This document shows, one piece after another, positions 49,227 through 61,400 of a stretch of 64,000 nucleotides of DNA; the stretch's first letter is position 1, and each line of letters begins with the position of its first letter. The stretch covers positions 558,001 to 622,000 of the forward strand of contig JAQGDQ010000098.1 in the NCBI GenBank assembly GCA_030141605.1, written 5' to 3'. A program made the position numbers and the translations under genes. The DNA is from Tubiluchus corallicola (lineage: Eukaryota; Animalia; Priapulida). The notes beneath the pieces are model-generated. The model did no database searches and had not been told where the DNA came from. It saw nothing but the letters and a program-made list of their open reading frames with translations.

Positions 49227-52086
49227 ATGTCTTCATATGAAATACTTATTTGGCTTTTTTCTGCATTATTTTGCTTGGTTTCTTCGTCAGAATTGACATT
49301 TGAGTTGGAAGATAAAGCAAGACAGTGTTTTCATGAATTTATTGAGAAGGGAGTACTTTGTATTGTTGAATTTCAGGTAACTAGCATGAATTTTTTTGTA
49401 GTTTTTCAAATGTTTTGCTGAGTATGCATTATTTTGTATGTTATTCACCGAATTACTTTTCTCTGGGCCTACATTATTCTCAGACTCTTGTTCTATGTTA
49501 ATCATAAGTCATAAATACCTTGATGATATTAGAGTTCTGTTGTTGCTCCTTTCCTGCCATTCCTGTGGTAGTAAACTAGTACCAGTAATTGGAGCTGTAA
49601 TTTCAAATTATGTATTTTATTCGAGGGAAAATTATTCGAATAATTGATCAGAAATAATTGAATACTGGCACACTTGCAGTTTAGGTGGTTCACTGTTTAG
49701 TGTATATATTTACGCATAAAACACATATATTAAAAATAATTATATTAAAACCTATCTACAGTGGCTACACGGCTACAATTGTCTACAACGTCGGCATGCG
49801 GCTACACATCGCCATACGCGGTTATAACGGTCATGAAATTTTTACATTTTCTTAATCCTAACACAGAAAATGAACGTTCAAATCGAATGAAACATTTTTA
49901 GATAGAAATTTAATATAAGGTAGCAAATTAAAAATCTGATTTTGCAAATCGATGCAGAATTTGTGCTGTTGTATTATGCAAAATTTCATGATGATTAATT
50001 GCGAATTGGTGATGACTCAGACTGCGTTTTGAAAGAGAAACAAAATTTACAAAATATCACTTATAGAAGACACTACTCGAGGGTAAATACAGAATCTGCA
50101 AAATGGTGGCGGTCGAGGTAAGTTGGAAGTCATGTGAAGTCCTTTTTACTTTCCAGTAAGTTGACACTTTTTTTACTATACCATTGCTTGTTTCTATTTC
50201 TGGCTCACAGTGATAAATAAAAATAATCGCTTTCTGAAAATTGGAAAATGAAAATATTGCCGTAAAGTGCCCAATCTTCGTTCGTTTTCGCAATGCTGAC
50301 ACCAACTTCTAAATTTTTTTAAATATGAGGTAGATCGTGATTTTCTTTGCATCAGATAAAGGATGCATCTTTCTATTGAACAACTGGTTTCAGCAACATT
50401 TTTGATTTGGCAAGCTGGGAACACATTAAAAAATAATCACCTAAACTGCAAAATATCCAAATACTGTATCACTGTACATGTGGTCATTGAGCTGGAATGA
50501 TAATTTATGCACACCTACACCTTGTCTGGGATGAACTGTATTAATTGTTGAGCCACGACCCCTGCTGATCTGAAAAGATAAATTTACCTGCATCTATTAA
50601 TTACTGCACACTATATTCTTGAATGTGAGCTCTTTGCACATGTCAGTGATTTAATGTAGAGTTTATTGCTTTTTGATAACTTTAATTGTTTTTGTGTTTA
50701 CAGCGAATATTCTGCAGTATTTGATTTAGCTTTTTCAAAGTGTGCTGTAAGCTCTTTGAATGCCACAAGGACAACTAAGTATTCATAGTTTCCCAGTGAA
50801 TTACCTTGTCAGTGAGCTAATAGTGGAAGGATTTTTCTACCACATATAACAGCAAAGATAGCAGATTATTTCTGGTGTTGCCTTAGTGCCAAAGCTTTTT
50901 GTCTGCGAAAAGACAGGTGGCGTTCAGCTTGTGGCCAACACCATGTACATAGGATAACTAATAGTATTTTATTATTCGATTAGTAAAAAATACATTCAAG
51001 CTTCGAATAATCGATTATTCATGCATATCCTTAATTAGCAATAATTAATAATTTCTGTTTTAAGGTTGTGACGGGAGGCAATTATGATGTGGATCTGTTC
51101 ATTGAGGCACCAAACAGGCAGATTTTATACAAAGTTGAAAAATCGCAGTATGACACGTTTACCTGGACAACAGGTCAGAAAGGTGTCTACACTGTGTGTT
51201 TCAGTAATGAATTTTCATCTTTCGCGCACAAACTAGTTTATCTAGATTTTCAAGTTGGCGATGAAAAGCCTATAGTGGATGATGATGAACGCAGCAAAGC
51301 CTTAACCATGGTAAAAATTTCTCAGTCTTAAAACTAATTAACACTTTATTGCTTCTACCTATGTTAACTGTATCATGCTTTAAAAATCAGTAGGCACTCA
51401 TGAAGGTATAATTTATTGAAGTTTATCATAAACTTAAGATAGATGTATTGATCAGCAAAATGTGCACTACATAAGAGATGTATGCATAAAGATTGAATAA
51501 TATTCTAGTCTTTGATGTGGTTCAACGAAAATTTTTGGTGTAAGTAAAGTATCATATTACAAAAGTAAAGTAAAATTAATGCATCAATTTTTTTTGTCAA
51601 ATTATGGCCAATAAACTTATTAAGTATATGTTGCAAAATAAAAAAGGCAATTTTACTGTCTAAAAAATGAAGAGGTGTTAGCCCTGTCAAGAAACTTGCT
51701 ACAAATTGCAACAGAAGGTTGTAACACAAATTCTACACAATTACCAGAGGTTAAGATTGTTAAACAATCAACACCAATAAGGACACCAATAATGTGCTTG
51801 TGTCAATTCCTTATTTAAAATTTCTGTTTAAACTCTTTGCTTTTTGCAGATAGAGTCATCTACGGTTGATATCCACACGTCCATGAGAGATGTCATCGAT
51901 TATCAAACTCACCACCGATTAAGAGAAGCTCAGGGAAGGAAGCGAGCTGAGGACACCAACGCTCGCGTACAGTGGTGGTCTCTTGGACAATCTATTATCA
52001 TCTTAGTCGTTATGATTGGTCAGGTTATAATTCTAAAAAGTTTTTTTAGTGACAAGAAAACGCTGAGTATCTCATCCTCAAGGTAA
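49227..52086 (+). CDS. TMED7: p24 gamma-subfamily GOLD-domain cargo receptor (TMED7/TMED3-like), 210 aa
   Basis: Exons 49227-49376, 51065-51310 and 51850-52086. Signal peptide, [55 protein letters not shown], a TM segment and the tail LKSFFSDKK. Confidence 0.93.
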
Positions 52087-55000
52087 AGTGTAGTTAAACT
52101 AGAATTTTATTTTGTAAAATTTCTGTCTTTTGCAATTTTTCCAAATTGTGTAATTAATAGGCATTACATACAGCAGATACGTAAGAATCTCACATTTTTT
52201 CTAGTTTGTTTTAATTGTAGTTTGTTATAGATCAACAAATAATGTTAAACTTCCCTCAAATATTTTAGAACTTTGGGAGTAGAAGTAATTCCATATTTCT
52301 GTCTATACTAGGCCATGGATACAGCATGTCATATTTGTAGATTTTGCTTTAGTGGTTTTGCAAAATGTTAAGTGCAAACATATAAATTTACACATCCTAT
52401 CACCTGAGAACTTGTGAAAACTTGTCTATTCTGACAGTTATTACTTGTACTGGCATCGTTTTCTTAGGCATATTGTCAAATGTGGGACACCTTTTCTAGA
52501 ATACCATAATATTATGCAATTAATCATCATTCTCCAAAAAATCTGGAATGTAGCATTACAAACATCGGCTAACATTTCATTTCTAATTTTAAACGTTCCA
52601 GGATTGATCCCTAAAACATTTTCGTAACGTTAATCAAGAATCATGTGAATGAGAAATAAGATATTAGTTGAAATTCCTACGTAAATTTTAACTGCTGGGA
52701 TATCGCTATATAAAATGCATAATTTTCTTTTCTTGATAAATTAGCAAAATATTTTTATAGAAAACAAAAATAAAACTAAAAACAAATATTGCATTACAAT
52801 ATAATTATGCTACACTCATCCTTTGTCATCTGGTATAATTCCCATATAGTATTGATATAATACTTGTAAATATTTCTTGTCCTGCCATTCTTCATTAAGC
52901 ATCATTATGTTGTTATACAGGCCTAGAATTGCATACAGTTTTATTGTACACAGTACTCATATTTTATTGAATTTAAACTTGCAGTAAATGAAAAGTGTAA
53001 TCATAACTTTTGGCATTGTCACAAGGCATGAATGATTGTTGAAAACATTCAGTTTAACAGTATCTTCTTTTTTGAGGCAAAAACTCTAATAGAGACTAAA
53101 TTTTAAAACTTTCTGGCTTTAACATTTTTTATAATCAAACTTTTAGACTTTCAGTTTTAGCAAGAAGTGAAGGCTTAATGGATTTTAGATTAACATTGAA
53201 ATAGTTAGAATCTTCAATATAAAAGCTGCTGTTAATGCTCGTCTATCATAACTGCTAGACAATGAGTATTAATAGTATACTTGTTTAACTGGCCTGACTA
53301 GCTTGCATTTATGCAAATATTTGTAATATCTGAATAGGTTGGTGTGCAGATGGTGTTGTTAAAAATTTGTTTTATGATTATTTTAATTTATGAAAGTGGA
53401 TAATAAGTTTGATTACTATTTGTTTAACCTCTGTTATGTGTTTCACTGCTTGCATAAGTGGTACCCCTATAAATGTGTTATTGTGTGGTTATGGCGTTAT
53501 TAGCATTGAAAATAAATTAGTTAAGTTTTGCTTTGTATGGCAATGGATACTGCACACGTGTAGTAAACAAGTGCTTGTTTTACAAGCCTGAAACAATTGA
53601 AATTTTGATGCTTGTGGAAGTTATGAAATAGTAGCAGGGCTTGTGGAAGCTATGAAATTTTAGCAAAACTGAAACTTATTATAAGGTCAGGGTGGAAAAT
53701 ATTATTGAAAGCAATATCAGACTCGACATTTGGTTTCTAATTCCATGCAGCCGTTAAAAAAACTATATTATAAATTCTGTTTGCAAAGTTTACCATGCAC
53801 ATTCTGTCCAGCAAAAAGTCCATTTTAATACACATTTTATAATATAGGTCTATTAGTTATTATCATTTAGGTACATATTTAAACATTTGTTCCATTTTTC
53901 ATATGGGCTTGTGCAAAGTCGGTATGTATCAATATATTGTTGCCAATTTCATTTCTGTATTTCATTGTTGTTTTGTTTTGCGTTATTCTTGTTTTCACCC
54001 TTGTTTTGCTGTCAACTTCTGGTAATGTCGGTATAAAAGGTTAATATGGTTAGTTAACAAAATGATGCACTACATAAAAGGAGACACTAATGCCTACTCC
54101 ACACGGTCTTTCAAAAGATGACATTCAAAACACCCAATTCTGTCCAAACGATTTCTTTTCACTGACCGTGATCTTGCACATAACTATTTGGTGAAGGGGT
54201 GTTCTCTCATTATTTCTGAAATAGCACCAAAATGGCTTGCACGGAGCTTTGTTTTAGCATGTGCTGTGAAATGAAAGAAAAAACTTCGGCAAAGAAATCA
54301 AACAAAAAGTTGTTATCATATACTTTGAGAATTAAAAGCAGAAGCACAAATGAATTTCTAAATCATATTCATATAGCACCAAGTATTTTCATCTCTAAAT
54401 ACATAATGCAGAAAGAGTAAGTCAAGGCACCATACATTTCCAAGTACAAATCTACAAAATTTACATAGAATTACTCTCAGAAATTTCTGCACTCATGCAC
54501 TTACAAAATATAATTTATGCAGTTGTTTTTTTTTTGTTAAAAATTTTTAGTAATGGTGTGCTGTTTACACACCCACCACAAATGGATTCTTCTAATTAAG
54601 TCACTAATGTGCATTATTATTGGCTGTTCATTCCAAGAATGACGACCAACACTGACGAAAATTCAGACAAACTTGATATCGTCAAACTTGAATGACATTC
54701 AAATTTCACTGTCATTCTCAGCATGTACACGGCCGTTCAACACTGACAAACTCGAGAGTGACAGTGTTATGAATGACTGTATGGATGGCTAATAAGCTGG
54801 CAGAGGTGTCACTGCTGCATATCACATACCATATACATACTTCCCTTAACAATAGGATAGCCGGGAACAAGATGGAGATGAAAATGCGATGCAACAGTTT
54901 TTTCACAGCCAACAAGGAATTGTGAATTTTTTGGTTCTGGAAGAATGATAAAAATGCTGGAAAACTTATGAAAAGATGTCACTAAGACAAAACTACCATT

Positions 55001-55490
55001 TTCATTTATAACATATCACTTTATTAAAAGAGAACTTATGAATTATTCAAAAGCAAATTACTTAATACTATTAAAACTATATTTCCATTATGGTACAAAG
55101 CATGTATAATGTTTTATGAGTTTGTGCCCCTAAAAATGTTTGATTAATCGGTGCCTCATGGTTTTCAGTTCCTACAAAATGATCACTTCTACACTTTTTA
55201 ACAACTTTTTAATCATTAATTATCGATAGCAGAACAACTGAACACCAAACTGAAACCTGTTGTAAACTTGATTATCAGAACCTTTATTAACAACAACCCA
55301 AAAACGGCCAAGCAAAAGAGGAATGAAACAATGATGCTACCTTAACATTAAACATTAATTAACAGATCTTATTTAAAAAAGAAACTGCACAGATTTGGAA
55401 TTTCACTGCACTACAAAAACACCAAATTTGTTTAAAAAAATAAATACTTAAATTAACTACAAACATTTCAGAAGAGATACGCCAAGTTGC

Positions 55491-58400
55491 TTAATCCTCA
55501 ACATCTACAAAACTTCTTGTGTTCAATGTCCTCCGCGTGCTCCTGCTCCTTGTAACCCGTACGTCTAAACGTTCTCTTTGCTCTTCCTCTTGAGATGATG
55601 TGTGCTCTTGTTGTTTGATAGTTTTGCCCTCAGTGGTATCTTTTTCTGCAAAATATTTTACAGGTAGAAAATTTTCGATTAGGAGAGATACAGACATAAA
55701 AAGAAGAAGGGAGAATGTTTAAACAAAGGCTATCAATCATGTTGCTGCTTAACCTTTTGTCTTGCCCACACTGAACAAGAACCTATGCGATCCGGCCCAC
55801 TATTATTTTAACACCGGGAGCAGGTTCATGTTAGTGCCATTCCCTAGTTAGTATGAAATATAGTTTTGTAACAATAGTCTCTTCGTATTTTGCTAGTACA
55901 TTTCAGAAAAAAAATCACTCAGTAGGATAGGAAAAAATTAAAAGCTGATGGACTTCCAAATAAAACGATCAAAACAGAATGTACATTTTGTTGCACAAAA
56001 AAATAACTAATATTACAAAAATATCTTACTTGCAATTCAGCATATAGTTCTATTTCTATTTTGACAGAAAAGAAAATGCTCACCAGATACATTTTTGGAG
56101 ACTTTCTTATCAGATGTGGATGGCAAGGTTTCACCAACATTTTCAGTCAAATTCTTGACTAAAGTACTAACAATCTGAGGTGTGCTATCCTCATTTCCTA
56201 CCTACGGAAAAAAATTTCCACAGTACTAATAGTTAAAGAAAAGAAATACCTGAAAAATTCTAGATAATCAGTTAGGCATACCAAGAAAACAACAAGGACA
56301 TTAACTGATATTAATTGCAGTAAGCAACACGTAATATGGAGAATTCGGGATGAATGTATATGTACCAATGTTTCCTGCCAGACATAACAATGTTTATAAC
56401 TAAATTTTTTACAGCTTTAGTCTAGAATGGATTTTAGGTGTGGTAAACAGTCGATTTTTGCATTTTCTGTATGTGTTGCAAACCAATTTAGGAACTAAAC
56501 CAGTTACATTTAGTTGAGAAAGCCTCTTGCTTTGAGTGTCATCAGGATACAACTGCGTGTAGTCATGTACATGTACACCTCTGTCTACTGGTGTGGCCGG
56601 TGGTGCCATCTATAGGACATCAGCGTAATCATTGGTACAGCCCGTACAGTAGGACATACTGCTTGCTGCGAGGCTGCATGTACTATACAGCGTTATACAG
56701 TACCAGTTAACTTTGTTTCTAAACATTAGTGTCAATATTAACTATGCGTGTACTGTGTTCATTACGTTTTGTAAGTATAGAATTATTTGATCAGTCTAAC
56801 AGGTGAATGGCTAGCATGTATTTAAATTAATGGCTTACATCAGTTACTGTACGGAGATATTTTACTGATTGATGGTTAAAAACACGCAATTAATAAATTT
56901 AATATTGAGAAATTTTGAAATGCTCGTCGTACAATTGCACGACATACTCACTGGCATTCGTTTATAGTACAAAAAACACGCATAAGTCCATTTCGTATCA
57001 CTTTATAGACATAGCCATAGACATCTTCATTGGTCATATATACTTAGTGCACATGATAAACACAAAATTTGTTGTTTATGCCTTTCACAGATTAGTAAAA
57101 AGCAGTTAGCGTAGCAAATTTGCAACTGTAAATTAGATTCAACTATACACATAAATCTAAATGATATAATTGAAATAAAGAAAAAAATGAAAGGTGTTTA
57201 GAGTTTAGCTACTATTGAATAATAAACAATTATATTTCATAGCTAAAAATGAAATAATCCATGCTGTTTCTGCTACTTGCTTATGTGTTTCTATGACTTC
57301 TGGAATGTGTCCATCATTACAAGGCATGACAGAAATGTCCCAGTTTCTGGGAAGTTGATTACATAACTTCCTGTAAATAGTTTATCACTGGAGGGGATAA
57401 CTAGAATTTCCTGTGCTTATGGATAATTTATCCCCCAAAACATTTTACAGTCACCAAAGCAGCAGTCGCGGTTATATGTATGCAATGTGAGAAACTGCAA
57501 ACCTCTCAGTGGAACGTACAAAGGTGGATCGAAGATATCAACAATTATGAGGTCACGAAGTGTTTTAATAGCATGCAATTTCTGATACTATGAGTCAAAG
57601 TACAAAGCACGACTTGTATCACAGGTAGTCTAGCTAGTTTAGTTATTGCATTATTTAAACCTATAAATTGAATGAGTTCAACTGGATATTGAAGGTATTT
57701 TCACTAACTTTTCACACCAGTTTGTAATAGTCAGGTGGCTTATTCTTTGAGTTTAATTTTGCATCTATATCTTTAAATACAGATATTCTAAATATACTTT
57801 TGCTTAGTGTGCACCATTTTTAGTTGGTTAATTAAGAATACATTAAGCACTTATTAAAGTGCTATTAAAATTCTTATTAAAAATCATTATGTCACAGTAA
57901 AAATTTCAGGGAATTTTCATATTTACATTATTTTTAGGTACCTTACTGCCAATTTTTTTCGTAGTTTGTTGAAAAATTTTGTAATAAGATCCATCTTTCT
58001 TAAGTACAATAATACATTTTGAAAATAAGTGTTTTTCGGGCAATTGAGATAAATTTAAAGAAAGCTCAGATCGTCATTGTTTTTTATTTCCACCTGTGCA
58101 AATAAATCAGCTGCAGCTAATTCTGTAAACATAGTTGAAAGTAACAAAAGCCAGCGAGTCTTGTCAATGCAAAGTTTTTCCAAATCTGTCTGGAAACCAA
58201 GATGCCACTGCTAGTTCTTTGCTAATTTCTTTCTAAAGATACAAAAATCCGACCTACCAGCTTAAGAACTAAGTCTGTTCCTAGCCCAGAAAGCTGAAAG
58301 GCAGAAAAATGATTGTAAAAACTAGTCAGGAATGCTAAGCGTTGGAATACTCACTTGCCACACACATGCATGTGCTTGAGTTCTGCAGCTTGCATGCATT

Positions 58401-61400
58401 TGTAAATGTATAAGCTACAGTAACAAACAGTCTTTGTTTCGGACATCCCCTTCAGGCTGTTCTTTAAATCATTCAATAATTTTTCTGCAACAGTACTTGA
58501 TTGTGGTGCTACGTTATAAAAAAGTCATCCCAGATCATCGGCGTGAACCACCTATGCCTCATGACACCACCCGCATAATGCCACAAAACAGCACTAACAA
58601 TGAAAACATTTTGCCAAGTGTCGAGACTGCATGACATGACAAACACGAATAAATTCATTCACTGATGACCAGTAATGCATGATGATTTAATATATTATTT
58701 GCTTTTTGCTCCTAAAATGATTGTTAATAAGCTAGGGGTACCATTAACAAATTACAGAAATATGTTTACAGATGACATAGATCCAAATTTTTGTGCAAAT
58801 TTCATACGCACTGTTTGTCTCTTAATGAATAAATGGCAAATTTTTTCATAACATCAACGACAAGACCAGCATCATGGCTAATTGAACAGTTTTACATTTT
58901 GAAAATAGATGTTTAGTATTCACGAACAAGTAAGACAAATATAGTGAGAAATTTGTTTGCCTCTTAATGAGTAAATGGCAAAGTTTTGCATAACATGAAC
59001 GACAAGACTAGCATCATAGGAATGGCTTTACATATTGAAAATAGATGTTTAGTTAATAGGTTTTGCCTCTTACCGAGTAAACGACAAAGTTTTGCTTAAC
59101 ATGAACGACAAGGCCAGCACAACGGCTAATTGAACGGCTTTACATATTGAAAATAGATGTTTAATATTCACAAACAAGTAAACCAAATATAGCAAGAAAT
59201 TCGTTTCAACCTCATATCGCCCTTCAAAGAATGTTTTTAAAATCTCTAGACAATCCGTATAAAAACAACAATAGAACCAACCTATGCTAGTGCTGCTAAT
59301 TTGGAATTCACATATTAAATAAAAATCAAGGTTTTATATTAATAAAACCATGTACTAAACTGTCTCTGAAAAAAATTGGAAACTAAATCAGTACATTTTT
59401 TATTCAAGAACAGGACAAACACTTACAAAATGCCTCCAGAGCACCTGCCACTACCAACAGGTGAACATACAGTTGGTGCATTTGATGTCATGGTAGGGCG
59501 TGGAAAAGATGGCAGTTTCTTCCGACTTTATTACCCGTCGCCAAAGTGCGATATCCTGGAATACAAGCAACGATGGCCACCGTGGGTGGACAAAATACAA
59601 TATCTGGACGGTTATATGAATTACATCAACTTAAACCGTCGGTTTGGCAGAATACTCAGTCACTGGGTCATTGGCGACGTAAAAGTACCCGTCATATGGG
59701 AGTCACCTATCCTGCGGGAAAAGAAGCCATACCCAGTGGTAATATTTTCACACGGTTTAGCTGCGAACAGAACTACGTATTCTTATATATGTGCAGACCT
59801 AGCATCCCATGGGTTTGTGGTAGCATCAGTTGAACACCGTGACCACTCGGCAAGTGCAACGTATGTTTTAAATGATGCAGAGCAAAACAGGGCCAAGGAA
59901 ATCCCGGCTGTGACAGACACTCACAAACATAGCTCTACATCATACGAAACAACTCAAACAACCCTAAGAGAAGAATGGGTTCCATTCTACAAACTACACA
60001 AGCACCATGATAACGAATTTAACGTTCGAAATAAGCAGCTGGAAATAAGAGCAAATGAGGTGGTTAGGGCTTTTGAAATTCTTCAAAAAATCAACAGAGG
60101 TGAGAAAATTGATAACTTGTTGAGTCCATCATTTACCACCAACCAGTTTGAAGGCCTATTTGATATCGTTAAAGGATGTGGTCTTATGGGTCATTCATTT
60201 GGTGCAGCTACTGTGGTGAAAGCATTGGCAATCGATGATCGCTTCAGAGTGGGAATTTGTCTAGATGCGTGGATGTTCCCCATCGAAGATGAAGCGTATG
60301 GAAAAGTCAAACAGCCAGTACTGTTCATTAATACGGAAGAGTTTCAGTGGAAAGCTAACATTATCAAAGAGATGAACTTGTGTGATAATACAAGTGAAGA
60401 AAGAACCCTAATAACGATTCGTGGAACGGTGCATCAGAGTCAAGCAGATTTTACGCTAATGGTAAAGGGCATTGTGGGCAGACTGTTTAAAACACACGGA
60501 TCATTAGATCCCATCATTGCCATGGAGATTAATAATCAATCTGCCATGGCTTTTTTATGGACGTATCTAGGCTACACACAGAGAGAAAGTTTTTGGCAGC
60601 TGATGAGTGTAAATCACAAGCATGTGATACTAGGAACTAATATCAAACTGCATTAAAACTATTTAATTTTCACAGGGTGAGGTTATTACTTTGAATAGTC
60701 TTTCATAAAGTTATTCATATAATTATAATAAAAAACATACCAGTTTTGGAGCAAGTTTGCTATTTTCATTCTCTTCTTTGCTTTTATTTCCATTCAGTTC
60801 TGAAAAAACAGTTTTGCTATGTAGAAACCATTTGTAAACGGCCAAAGACTAAGAGCTACACTTGTGCACCAGTTACACTATTTAGCATTCTGTCAAACTA
60901 GAAGGGGTGCACCAAATGCACATTTTCATCAACTGAACCGAAGACGATTTTTCTATGCTTGGGAACCACAGAACCATAATTTCATTTTAAATTACTGGTG
61001 ATTAGTGAGCAGTGACAATTTGATCCGATTACTAAACCAGTTTTATGCAGTAAAGTATTAAGTATTTTAAAAGCAGCCTTAACTCTTTCAAAAGCTGTTC
61101 AAACTATTTTGTATAATCAACAAAAACAGTATTTAAACAAAACTACAATAATATAATTGTCTACCAGCTTGAGTTTTCATTGGTTTATTTCGTCGTGTAT
61201 AAGTAAATACAGTGACTTCGTCGTATAAGTAAATACAGCTCCGCCATGCTATTGCGAGTTGACATGACTAATGTACTGATTGTGCATCGCATTCTTCAAA
61301 TTATTATACAGAAACACAAAGCAAAATGTCAGCTATTGTGCCACGTTCGCTGTTTGCTATCAGCTTTTTTCAGATAAACTTTTATAAGCACTATAGGGAA

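Noticed and set aside
52600-53010. Faint RT-like coding remnants on the minus strand downstream of TMED7
   Set aside because: Too degenerate to support without a profile search.
58812-59206. Repeat array considered as CRISPR-like
   Set aside because: Long diverged tandem units without unique spacers, in a eukaryotic intron.
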